A stretch of 43,619 bases of DNA from Vulcanimicrobiota bacterium (GTDB lineage Bacteria; Vulcanimicrobiota; Xenobia; Xenobiales; JADMJV01): the NCBI GenBank assembly GCA_022842865.1, contig JALHOV010000001.1, positions 1 to 43,619 on the forward strand. Direction: 5' to 3'. Positions 22,108 through 30,565 of this stretch are shown piece by piece. How positions within the stretch are numbered: position 1 is the stretch's first letter; each line of letters starts with the position of its first letter. Made by a program: the position numbers and the translations under genes. Under the pieces are notes generated by a model that searched no databases, was not told the DNA's origin, and saw only the letters and a list, made by a program, of their open reading frames with translations.

Positions 22108-23033
22108 ACCGATCGACCCCCTGGATCGTGGTAGCCGCTCTGGCTGTGGGTGGATTCGGCGCACCCTCTAAGCCTGACATCGGTGTCAATGGCAGCCTGC
22201 ACGGGCGCCTCCCCTTCCCGGCCGATAACCCCTGGAATCAGCGCATCGACCAGGCGCCAGTGGATCCCAACTCGGCCGCCCTCATCGCCAGCGTGGGCAA
22301 AGACCGGCCTTTGCACTCAGATTTCGGCAGCTTCTATGAAGGTCAACCAATAGGCATTCCTTACGTGGTGGTGGATGGAAGAACCCGGCGCCTGCCCGTA
22401 ACTTTCGAATATGCCGACGAGAGCGACGCCGGCCCCTATCCTGTGCCGGCCAATCCACCCATCGAAGGCGGGCCCCAAGGCGATGGAGACCGCCACATTC
22501 TCATGCTCGACCGCGACGCCTGGAAGCTTTATGAGCTATACCAGGCCTTTCCTAACAGCAAAGGCTTCAAGGCCGGGTCGGGCGCCATCTTTGACCTCAA
22601 CTCCAATCGTTTGCGACCCGACGGTTGGACCTCGGCCGACGCGGCCGGACTGCCCATCTTTCCCGGTCTGGTGCGCTACGACGAAGTGGTCGAACTCAAG
22701 GAAATCCGCCATGCCCTGCGTTTCACCGTGAGCCGCACGCGCAAGGCCTATGTGCCACCGGCTCGCCACTACGCCAGCAATTCCAACGATAAGAATCTGC
22801 CGCCGATGGGAATGCGCGTGCGCCTCAAAGCCTCCTACGACATTTCCGGCTTCCCCAAAAACGTCCAGGTAGTTCTACAGGCTCTCAAAACCTACGGAAT
22901 GATCCTGGCCGATAATGGCTCGGACTGGTTCATCAGCGGCACCCACGACAAACGCTGGAACAACGACGAAATGGCCGAAATCCGGCGCGTTCTGGGCAAA
23001 GACCTGGAGGTCGTCCAAATGAACAGCCGCTAA
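22104..23033 (+). CDS. Conserved secreted hypothetical protein
   Basis: The ATG overlaps the kinase TGA (ATGA). N-terminal hydrophobic signal WIVVAALAVGGFG. Coding-like throughout, with no domain I can name. Confidence 0.6.
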
Positions 23034-23185
23034 CCCGGCTGCGCTCGCAACACTCTCGTTGTCGCTGGTCCTCACACCGCCAGGCCTCGACGCACAACCA
23101 GGGCCCTCCGCCCCGCACGGGCCGACGGGCAAGAGCTCGTCGCCGCGGCCGGCCAGGGACCAGACTGCTTCGCTCGGCATAAACG

Positions 23186-23674
23186 GTGCGGCCTCGTGCG
23201 CCTTCAAATTCCCACCCAATAACGTCGGGTATTTCATTTTGGGTCTGCAACGCAAAATGTCACCCCAGGAGCTGGAAGCTCTGGCCACCGATTGGATTCG
23301 GCGGGCCATCCCCCAATAGGTCCCGCAGTTTTCACATCGCCCTCAAAGGCTATCGCCTCTTCCCGGAATGGTCCCTGACCACGCTGCAATATGCCGTGCC
23401 GCTCATAGAAGTGGTGCTGGGTATGGCCCTGATTCTCTTCCTCTCGCGAAAAGCGGTGGCCCTCTCCACGTTGCTCTTCGCCGCTTTCACGCTGGTGCTG
23501 AGCTACGCCCGGTGGCGCGGAATGCCCCTGATCTGCGGTTGCTTTGGGCGCATCGACCGCAGCCTGCACGAACTCCCCCACGGTCTTCTGCTGAACATCC
23601 TTCTCAATGCGCTGGTGACCCTTGGCCTTCTCTACAGCGCCAGGCCCCAGCACCTGGATTCCAGCCAAAAGTAA
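23186..23674 (+). CDS. MauE/DoxX-like redox-associated membrane protein; N-terminus atypical or possibly truncated
   Basis: YRLFPEW..LQYAVPLIEVVLGMALILF...LLFAAFTLVLSYARWRGMPLICGCFG carries the CGCFG signature of the MauE family. The expected first transmembrane helix is not evident, and the start codon is uncertain. Confidence 0.5.
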   Translation: MRPRAPSNSHPITSGISFWVCNAKCHPRSWKLWPPIGFGGPSPNRSRSFHIALKGYRLFPEWSLTTLQYAVPLIEVVLGMALILFLSRKAVALSTLLFAAFTLVLSYARWRGMPLICGCFGRIDRSLHELPHGLLLNILLNALVTLGLLYSARPQHLDSSQK

Positions 23675-23769
23675 CCGGCGCGGAAGCGCCCCAGTCCCAG
23701 ATCACCGTATGCATCTCGCCGGTAATTGTTACGCGGGATTTTGGCTCGCTGCTACGAACGCTCCCTGCC

Positions 23770-24588
23770 ATGCAGATCAGGCCAGCCCATACTTACCCCA
23801 AGGCGCATCCCGAGGCGTTGACTTTCACGCGGGTGCCTGAGAACAGCCTGATCCGAGACCTGGGCGTCAAACTGGGATTGTGCCAGCCCTCCCAGGAAGC
23901 CGAACTCAATCCCAAAATCTTCAGCCAGCGCTACTGCCAGGAAGTGCAAAAACTCTTGCCTGACGGGGTATTGCCGGACAATTTGGAGCAGGCCTATCAG
24001 TTGGCCCTGGCCGCCCTTCCTCCCCTGCAGGCGGCCGCTCTGGCCGGCGAGGTGGCCCAGGCCCTGGTCAGCCCCGAGCTCGAACAGCGAGCCGCCGAGG
24101 CGGTACCGGTCCGAGCTCACGGCGCCCTGACCCGTCAGGTAGAACAAGGCTGCGAACGGGCCGGAATGCCGATTCCCAATAAAGTATGGGTTATCCGCTC
24201 GGAGGAATGGGATGCCTGTTCCCACTTTGGCGGCATCGCCGTGGCCAGCGCCTACCTCGACTCTGCCCGGCCGGCGCGGCTTCACTTCGTCGTCGGGCAC
24301 GAACTCAGTCACAGTCGCCACCGTGACGACATCGCCATGCTCGGGTTCGAGGCTCTGTCCCAGGGCGTCAGCCAACCGCTGCTCGGCTATGCTCTCAAGC
24401 AAGACCTGAAAGCCCTGCACCACGCCATGGAATTACGCAGCGACCGCGAAGGGTGGGCTTACGCCGAGGCGCAACAGACCGAGCCTCAGCAGCTTTTCCA
24501 GGAAGTAGCCGACCTGCTCGGCCAGCAACAAGAAAGCGATACACACCCCGCCGGGCGGGAACGGCTGCAACAACTCAGACCTCGTTAA
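23770..24588 (+). CDS. M48-like zinc metallopeptidase
   Basis: Start chosen at MQIRPAHTY. Motifs: HExxH in VVGHELSHSRHRDD and a downstream SDTHPAGRERLQQL like the M48 C-terminal motif. Confidence 0.6.
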   Translation: MQIRPAHTYPKAHPEALTFTRVPENSLIRDLGVKLGLCQPSQEAELNPKIFSQRYCQEVQKLLPDGVLPDNLEQAYQLALAALPPLQAAALAGEVAQALVSPELEQRAAEAVPVRAHGALTRQVEQGCERAGMPIPNKVWVIRSEEWDACSHFGGIAVASAYLDSARPARLHFVVGHELSHSRHRDDIAMLGFEALSQGVSQPLLGYALKQDLKALHHAMELRSDREGWAYAEAQQTEPQQLFQEVADLLGQQQESDTHPAGRERLQQLRPR

Positions 24589-26012
24589 GCTTTGGAAAGA
24601 CTGGCCTTATAGGCGGCGCAGTCCAGCTCGGTCTGACGCGCGTAGGTTTCCGCATAGGTCTGCAGGCGTTCCACCACCAGTTCCTGATCAGGTCCGACCC
24701 ATTGCAGGATCTTCTCGGCCGCACCGGCCTGGAAGGCGTGAGCCCGAGCCAGGGCAATGGCGGCGTGGTCGACCAGCTCCTCCCACTGCTGAAAAGTGGT
24801 GAAATCATTGATAGGCAACGATCCTTTTTCACGCTGGCGCTCACGAACGTAATAAGCATCGTTGTCGATGGTGCCGGCGGCCATGGTGGGCTCGAAATGA
24901 CCGCCCAGCGCTTTCATACAAGCAAAGATATAATCGGCATTCGCTTCCTCGGTGTTGCCCGTGCCCTGCTCGGGCGCGGTGGGCAACTCTTGTTTCAGCT
25001 CCAGGATGCGCTCCTCGCCGTCGCTTCCCGCCGCCAGGATAAAATATCGGTTCAGTCCGAATGTACTTCCTCCCGAATCGGTCTTGCGAGCGATATCCAG
25101 CACTTCCAGAGGACGCACCAGCTCCGGCGTTTCGGCCACCTGGCTTTCCCAGTGGGGCAGAAAATCGCGAATCAGTTGCTCTTCGCGCCGGCTGATGTCC
25201 TTGAGCTCGTGATTGCGCTTCAGGCGCCCGTGTTTACAGAACTCATCAAGCAACTCGGCCTGCGTATTCTTCGACTTCTTGTCGATCAAGGCGGCCACCG
25301 CCCCCCACGACTCCTCGCGATGCAGCCCGTTGTGCACCGGCGCTTTTGTGTCTTCCAGGCGGCGCAGTTCCTCGAGATAACCCAGCGCCATGCGCTCCAC
25401 CAAAGGTCGGCACGCCCCATCCTCGAGCGGGCTCATCAACAATAAACTGGTGGCCATTCGCTCCAGATCATCCTCCGGCGTCCCCTTGCCGGCCATGTCA
25501 AAGTCGTTGATGCCCCAAAAGGTCGAGCCGTCCCGAGCCCGCAGAGTGCCGAAGTTGCCCAGGTGGCAGTCTCCAGCGATGATAATCTCGGGGGCCTTGC
25601 GGTCAGGGATCAAGTTGGACAGGTTGAAGTAAACGCCCAGCACGTCATCATAAAAAAGGGCCGGATTGACTCGAAAGAACTTGGCGGGACTGGAAACCGT
25701 GATCTGGTTGCGCCTGGCCAAAGTCTCAGGGTCCAGCTGCAATTCGGAGTTGAATCGGTGCACGAAGGATACGGCCGGCTCGGTATCGCGCAGCACGTCC
25801 ACGCGGGCCAGACCAGCCGCCTGCAGGGCCAGGGATTCTTGGGATTGCTGGACCTCGGGCCGAGTCCAAGGCCCCGGCGCTCGCCAGTGCGGCCGTCCGG
25901 GCAGATGGGTCGCCTCAACGCTGGGTCCCAGGCCGTCCGGACAGAGCTCGGCCTGGGAGGAGCGCTTGCTTCCTACCGACATCCACGCGGGTCCAGTGGC
26001 CATGACCTTCAT
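24585..26012 (-). CDS. DUF2252 domain protein (kinase-like fold)
   Basis: Signature IIAGDCHLGNFG, plus FWGINDFDMAG, typical of DUF2252. The exact start is uncertain. Confidence 0.7.
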   Translation of the reverse strand: MKVMATGPAWMSVGSKRSSQAELCPDGLGPSVEATHLPGRPHWRAPGPWTRPEVQQSQESLALQAAGLARVDVLRDTEPAVSFVHRFNSELQLDPETLARRNQITVSSPAKFFRVNPALFYDDVLGVYFNLSNLIPDRKAPEIIIAGDCHLGNFGTLRARDGSTFWGINDFDMAGKGTPEDDLERMATSLLLMSPLEDGACRPLVERMALGYLEELRRLEDTKAPVHNGLHREESWGAVAALIDKKSKNTQAELLDEFCKHGRLKRNHELKDISRREEQLIRDFLPHWESQVAETPELVRPLEVLDIARKTDSGGSTFGLNRYFILAAGSDGEERILELKQELPTAPEQGTGNTEEANADYIFACMKALGGHFEPTMAAGTIDNDAYYVRERQREKGSLPINDFTTFQQWEELVDHAAIALARAHAFQAGAAEKILQWVGPDQELVVERLQTYAETYARQTELDCAAYKASLSKA

Positions 26013-26321
26013 CCCACCAACTTACCCGATCGCCCGGAAAATCTGCTGAAACCGGCCCGGGTAAATTTTACAATCCGGCAACATCTGAAGCCTTCAGACG
26101 ACCTTCTCACCACCTCGGACGGCTATTCTGAGGTTCAGGTAGACGAAAGGAAACGATTCCAAAATGCTGAGATCTTCTTCCAAAAAGTCCAAGACCACCA
26201 AAAAATTGGAAATTCCCGTAACCGAATACGTGGCGCCCGCACCGGTCAAGAAGCCCCCGCCAACCCTTTATCTCTTCTCGAACCAGATGGGACTGGGCCG
26301 CAGTTTTCGCGAACGTATCGG

Positions 26322-27035
26322 TTAGTCGATTCGAGTCAATTTGGCCGGCCCACCCTTTTTGTCCAGCGCAAAGGGCGCAGCCGCCGCCTTAACAGTCCAG
26401 GCGCCCTGCTTACCCCTACGATAGGTTACGCGTTGAAACTTCGGTCCTGGTTCAGCGCTGACCGCATAAGCCAGGTCCTCGATTTTGTCGTCCGGCACGG
26501 GATCCTCACCCGGCAAAACATTACTGCTGAAAACTGTGGTCGCACCCTGGAAAGCACCGGAATCATAAAAATAGGCGTAAATGTTGGGGGTATCCTCGAC
26601 ATTCCGCAGCATGACCATTTCCGAGAGACCATTCTTATTCATGTCGGGCGCGCTAAAGATTGCCACGAAAAGGGCATAGTCGCCGGGGTCCCCGCTGTAA
26701 TGAGCAACCACCTTTCCCCCCTCGAGCACGACCACTCCATTGGTATAGGAATAGCGATAGAGAACCGCCTGCTGAGCCGAACCCGCGCGCGTAAACGAAC
26801 CTTTGGCCATTCCGCGAATCTCAAACGCCTCATCAAACTTGCCGTTGGTCAATCCCTCCAGCCGCTTCTTCAGGAACTTCTCCTGAGAACGACGGAGGAC
26901 TTCCGCCTTCACCGTGGCCGCCTCGGCTTTGCCGGGCTTTTGGATAGCCTTCAGGTAGCTGCGGCCGTCGAAGAGAGGAACCGGTTGGGCGGCCAGTCCG
27001 GTGGCGAGTAAAAGAGCAAAGGCAATGCGTTTCAT
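26322..27035 (-). CDS. Secreted hypothetical protein
   Basis: Start chosen at MKRIAFALLLATGLAAQP (signal peptide). Coding-like composition, with no recognised domain. Confidence 0.55.
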   Translation of the reverse strand: MKRIAFALLLATGLAAQPVPLFDGRSYLKAIQKPGKAEAATVKAEVLRRSQEKFLKKRLEGLTNGKFDEAFEIRGMAKGSFTRAGSAQQAVLYRYSYTNGVVVLEGGKVVAHYSGDPGDYALFVAIFSAPDMNKNGLSEMVMLRNVEDTPNIYAYFYDSGAFQGATTVFSSNVLPGEDPVPDDKIEDLAYAVSAEPGPKFQRVTYRRGKQGAWTVKAAAAPFALDKKGGPAKLTRID

Positions 27036-27078
27036 CTGATTCACTGCTTCCCAAACGGCTCGGATCCCTCTTGCGGCA

Positions 27079-27837
27079 TCAAGCTGCGCGCTGGATTCCC
27101 AGTCCATTGCGCAGAAGGTGAGCAAATCTTAGTTTGCAGACGTCCTCGTTTCGGATGCGAATGGGCTTTCTGGCCAGACATTCATCGCGGTAGTTGTCGT
27201 ATTCCAAAACATGAGTTTTGCCGTCGATCTCGACCAGATACCAGACCCCGTCCAGCATGACCAGCAGGTCCGCGCGAAAGCATCCTTTGGCGGTAAGGAG
27301 GTTCACCTGGGGCCAGATCAGCACGATCTTTCCATCCACTTTCCATTGTAAGCCCGGCAAACAACGTTCTCCCAGCGGCTTGCCGTCGCGGTCCAGAATG
27401 CACTGGTCCCGATACCCCCAGGCGTGTGGATTGCTGAACTGCCCGACCGCTCCCATCGCGGCCAGGCTCCAAAGCGCCAGGCATTCCACCGGCGATTCGC
27501 TGGCCAGGTTTTCCTTCATCCAGTCGCTCACTGCCGGCGGCACCGTCAGACGCCGGAGTTTGTAAGCGAAGACTTTCTCGGCACGCTGCCAGCAAATCTG
27601 GTTCGGCCGGGCCCACGCATAGGGATAACGCTGCACGAAATTCGGGCGCAGGACCTGTGAACTATCGGGAAGTCCCGGCAAAATCAAAGTCTGACGCAGT
27701 TTCTGAGCCACTCCTGGCTCTGGCAAGCAACGCCCCCGCTCGATGTTCAGCAGGGTGGTCTTGGGGACCCCGATTTGGTCGGCGATCTCCTGGGCAGTCA
27801 AGTTGAGTTCTAAGCGGCGAAGTCGGATGATTTGCAT
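27079..27837 (-). CDS. XRE-type HTH fused to a PD-(D/E)xK (DUF559/Vsr-like) nuclease-fold domain
   Basis: N-terminal LNLTAQEIADQIGVPKTTLLNIERG is an HTH_XRE motif. C-terminal FRADLLVMLDGVWYLVEIDGKTH matches the D...E-x-D-G-x-x-H core of DUF559/Vsr-like endonucleases. Confidence 0.65.
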   Translation of the reverse strand: MQIIRLRRLELNLTAQEIADQIGVPKTTLLNIERGRCLPEPGVAQKLRQTLILPGLPDSSQVLRPNFVQRYPYAWARPNQICWQRAEKVFAYKLRRLTVPPAVSDWMKENLASESPVECLALWSLAAMGAVGQFSNPHAWGYRDQCILDRDGKPLGERCLPGLQWKVDGKIVLIWPQVNLLTAKGCFRADLLVMLDGVWYLVEIDGKTHVLEYDNYRDECLARKPIRIRNEDVCKLRFAHLLRNGLGIQRAA

Positions 27838-27847
27838 AACGCCACAC

Positions 27848-27859
27848 TAGCAAATGCTA
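27848..27859. promoter_or_regulatory. 12-bp inverted repeat just upstream of the HTH-nuclease gene
   Basis: TAGCA-AA-TGCTA lies 11 nt upstream of ATG 27837 and is a possible autoregulatory operator. Confidence 0.3.
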
Positions 27860-27915
27860 AAAGAAACGGCAGTTTTCCGATCCTTTGATATTCCATGAAC
27901 ACGGGGGGCTAGAGG

Positions 27916-28320
27916 GGTCAAGTCAAGTCAGGAGATGTCCCTGAACAAGCCAGGACTTGACCAGACCGCCTCACCGCCCAGGTCAAGTCAGAGGTTGTCC
28001 CTGGGCAAGCCAGGAGTTGCCCAGCCCGCCTCCCCGCTCAGGTCAAGTCAGGAGATGTCCCTGGGCAAGCCAGTACTTGACCAGCCCCACCCACCGCCCA
28101 GGTCAAGTCAGAGGTTGTCCCTGGACAAGCCAGGAGTTGCCCAGACCGCATCACCGCTCAGGTCAAGTCAGGAGATGTCCCTGGGCAAGCCAGTACTTGA
28201 CCAGACCGCCTCACCGCCCAGGTCAAGCCGGGAGCCCGCCCTGGGCAACCCCGCCCCGTTCCAGCCCGCCGCCCCCGCCGGGTCAACCCCAGGAGTTGTC
28301 CAGGGAGAAGGGGCGAAGTA
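27916..28320. repeat. Tandem repeat array: 60-bp period, about 6.7 copies, alternating A/B units (120-bp super-repeat)
   Basis: GTCAAGTCAG recurs at 27922, 27982, 28042, 28102 and 28162, with degenerate copies at 28222 and 28282. A units contain GGTCAAGT..N26..ACTTGACC. B units contain CTGGGCAA-N8-TTGCCCAG. Confidence 0.9.
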
Positions 28321-28326
28321 GCCCGG

Positions 28327-29571
28327 ATGGTGGATGTCGAGGAGCAGGCTCGGCGAGGGTTAGCCTCCAGTGGGGGGCTGCCCATTGCGGCTGCTTATCC
28401 GATTCTGACCCTGTGCACCGGCCTGGCTGGAGACCTTTGGGAGAATCACCTGGGCCTGCTGGTCGGAGTGATTGCCGGCCTGGGGCTGCTGGGGGCGGTT
28501 CGCGAGGTCCTGGGACAGAAGCTACGCCAGGCGCCTGTAGCTCAGATTGACCAATGGAGATTCCGCTACTCCCTCTCGGTTCTGGCCCAGGCCCTGGTCT
28601 GGTCGATTTTCTCGGCGGCCATCGTTTATGTCTATGGCAAAAGCTGGACCGGACTGATGGCCTGCCTGGTGACGGCCGGGATCACGGCCGGATCGACGGC
28701 CAGCCTGACGCCCAGTTTCCGTCTGATGCGCGCCTACATTCCCGTCATCATCCTGCCCACTGCGATGGCCCTGATCTCCCATCGCAATTCCTCGGAGATG
28801 ATCGTGGGCGTCACTTTCCTGATTTATTGCTTATTTATGCTTTCGGTGGGGCAGCGCAACCATCTTCGCCAGAGTCAGCTGCTGTCCACCCTCCTGGACT
28901 TGCAGGCCGCCCGCAATGAATCCGAGCGCCAGGCCTTGCAATTACGCCAGCTCTCGGCCCAGCAGTTACAGGCCGTGGAAAACGAGCGACTGCACCTGGC
29001 TCGCGAAGTTCATGATGACCTCGGTCAGCTTCTCACAGCCCTGAAGATCAATCTGGCTCGCCTGGAACGGGTCACCGACGGAGCCGCTCTGGAACGAGTG
29101 CACGAAACCAATGCTCTGGTCGACCACGTCATGGGAGCGGTGCGACGGATCGCCAGCAGCCTGCGTCCCCCGCTGCTGGATGAACTGGGGCTGGCGGCCG
29201 CCCTCGACCGTTTTCTGACCGAGAATTGCCAGCGGGCGAGCCTAGAATATCGTCTAGACGTGCCCCGCTCGCTCCCTCAGCTGTCACCCGAACAGAGCCT
29301 GGCGGCCTTTCGAGTCTGTCAGGAAGCCTTTACCAACGTCATGCGTCACGCCGGAGCTCAAAATCTGTCGGTCATCCTATGTTGTACGCCGGAGGAAATG
29401 TGTATCGCCATTAGCGATGACGGCTGCGGAATCGACCAGCAGAAAATGCACTCCTCGCTGGGCTTGCTGGGTCTGCAGGAGCGCCTCCGACTGTTGGGCG
29501 GGTCGTTGACTATACACTCCCAGACGAATCAGGGCACGCTTCTGGACGCGCGCTTTCCGCTGACCCGCTAG
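28327..29571 (+). CDS. Membrane sensor histidine kinase (HisKA_3 / NarX-DegS type)
   Basis: Several N-terminal hydrophobic helices. H-box LHLAREVHDDLGQLLTALK and HATPase_c motifs (EAFTNVMRHA, DDGCGI, GLLGLQERL). There is no adjacent LuxR-type response regulator. Confidence 0.85.
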   Translation: MVDVEEQARRGLASSGGLPIAAAYPILTLCTGLAGDLWENHLGLLVGVIAGLGLLGAVREVLGQKLRQAPVAQIDQWRFRYSLSVLAQALVWSIFSAAIVYVYGKSWTGLMACLVTAGITAGSTASLTPSFRLMRAYIPVIILPTAMALISHRNSSEMIVGVTFLIYCLFMLSVGQRNHLRQSQLLSTLLDLQAARNESERQALQLRQLSAQQLQAVENERLHLAREVHDDLGQLLTALKINLARLERVTDGAALERVHETNALVDHVMGAVRRIASSLRPPLLDELGLAAALDRFLTENCQRASLEYRLDVPRSLPQLSPEQSLAAFRVCQEAFTNVMRHAGAQNLSVILCCTPEEMCIAISDDGCGIDQQKMHSSLGLLGLQERLRLLGGSLTIHSQTNQGTLLDARFPLTR

Positions 29572-30058
29572 AGAAGTTCCTGCGCATCCAGTCTTCGAAA
29601 GCACAGGCATCGTTGTGCTCGATGGCGGCGGTCACCTGGCCGCGCGCATCGGCGATCCAGGTTTCCAGTTGGACCGGAGTGGGCGGGGTGATGCCGGCCT
29701 CGACCAGCACGTCCAAAGCCTGAAAATCCGGCGCGCAGTACCCGATGCTGTGAATCAAAGATCCGGTTTGATGGGCCAGCACGGTGTTCCCCGCCGAATC
29801 CAAAGCGGACAGGTCGGCACCGCTGGCCAACAGCAGACGGTTGCACTCCGCCTGACGCGTCCGCATCAAGGGGGTCTGGCCGGAAACGTCGCGGACATTG
29901 GGATCCAGTCCGAGATCTAGTAAATGGCCAAGGGTATCGGGGTGGTCGCAAACATGCAAAAGCGTTCGCCCCGAGCCGTCGCGAGCGGCTTTGAGTGCTT
30001 CCGGGTCGAGGCCGGCCTCGAGTTGGCCGCGCCGAGCCTGGGAAAAAAGTTCTCTCAC
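29510..30058 (-). CDS. Ankyrin-repeat protein (start uncertain)
   Basis: The sequence GRTLLHVCDHPDTLGHLLDLGLDPNVRDVSGQTPLMRT..LLLASGADLSALDSAGNTVLAH contains two to three ANK repeats. A GTG at 30058 is the first start after the upstream gene's stop. The long track ORF (to 30373) overlaps the PCD gene and was not adopted. Confidence 0.5.
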   Translation of the reverse strand: MRELFSQARRGQLEAGLDPEALKAARDGSGRTLLHVCDHPDTLGHLLDLGLDPNVRDVSGQTPLMRTRQAECNRLLLASGADLSALDSAGNTVLAHQTGSLIHSIGYCAPDFQALDVLVEAGITPPTPVQLETWIADARGQVTAAIEHNDACAFEDWMRRNFSSGSAESARPEACPDSSGSV

Positions 30059-30123
30059 CAGGAAGGCTTCGCGCCGATGGGTCGCCGGCCTGCCAGTTGA
30101 AACAACGGACCAGCCGCCTCCCG

Positions 30124-30564
30124 CTAGCCTGGGCCCTTGAGCAGAGCGTCGGTGCGTTGGGCGCTGGTGATGTCGTTGGCGTGAACGCCGCTGACATCGT
30201 GGGTCCACCAGCCGACGGTGACTTTGCCCCATTCGGTGAGCAGCGTGGGGTGGTGGCCCTGCACTTCCGCGAATTCGGCGACCTTGTTGCTGAAAGTCAT
30301 GGCTTGCTGAAAGTCGGCAAAGGCAATCTGACGTTCCAGTCTGGGCAGACCATCGACGCGTTTCAGGTTCCAACCGGGTAACTTTTCCATGAGACCGGGC
30401 AGCTGTTCTTCCGGGATGGCGCCGCCCACCAGCGGATACATCGGCTTGATCAGGTCGGGCTGTGGCAGGCTGGACTGGAACTGATCCTGCACCACGGGGG
30501 CCTGCACGGCCGGTCGGTAGCTGAGACGAAGGGTTGGGTTAGCGGCCAAAGCTTGCAGTTTCAT
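30124..30564 (-). CDS. Pterin-4a-carbinolamine dehydratase (PCD/DCoH) domain protein with an N-terminal extension of about 45 aa
   Basis: Motifs: LPGWNL....LERQIAFADFQQAMTFSNKVAEFAEVQGHHPTLLTEWGKVTVGWWTHDVSGVHANDI. ATG 30564 lies 1 nt after the upstream stop. An internal start at MYPLVGG is also possible. Confidence 0.7.
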   Translation of the reverse strand: MKLQALAANPTLRLSYRPAVQAPVVQDQFQSSLPQPDLIKPMYPLVGGAIPEEQLPGLMEKLPGWNLKRVDGLPRLERQIAFADFQQAMTFSNKVAEFAEVQGHHPTLLTEWGKVTVGWWTHDVSGVHANDITSAQRTDALLKGPG

Positions 30565-30565
30565 C

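Noticed and set aside
26164-26325. 53-codon plus-strand ORF (MLRSSSKKSKTTKKLEIPV...) in the 26012..26322 gap
   Set aside because: There is only a weak purine-rich stretch upstream, no homology I can recall, and its stop overlaps the convergent gene's stop. It may be real, but it is not supportable from sequence alone.
24453-27011. Long track ORFs antisense to real genes, for example 24453..25445 (+) and 25563..27011 (+). Others elsewhere: 30983..32011, 33015..33998, 34068..35336, 35402..36226, 8910..9704, 41363..42172, 37589..38248
   Set aside because: These are typical shadow ORFs of high-GC DNA. They lie opposite genes with clear domain signatures, their translations are Arg/Gly/Leu-rich with no motifs, and they have no RBS.
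27916-28320. CRISPR array interpretation of the 60-bp periodic region
   Set aside because: The whole 60-nt unit is repeated, with A and B variants. There are no unique spacers between conserved repeats, and there are no cas genes in the window. It is a tandem repeat, not a CRISPR array.
27935-28550. Track ORFs 27935..28321 and 27957..28550 as confident protein-coding genes
   Set aside because: Both are open only because the repeat unit lacks stops in two frames, and they overlap each other. The products are low-complexity P/S/Q/R repeats with no RBS evidence. They are kept as a possibility inside the repeat finding rather than called as CDS.
29510-30373. Full-length 287-aa track ORF for the ankyrin protein, and the 209-aa ORF 29568..30197
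   Set aside because: The N-terminal 100 codons overlap the well-supported PCD gene in another frame and are Arg/Pro/Gly-rich noise. Only the ankyrin-repeat part downstream of the PCD stop is credible.
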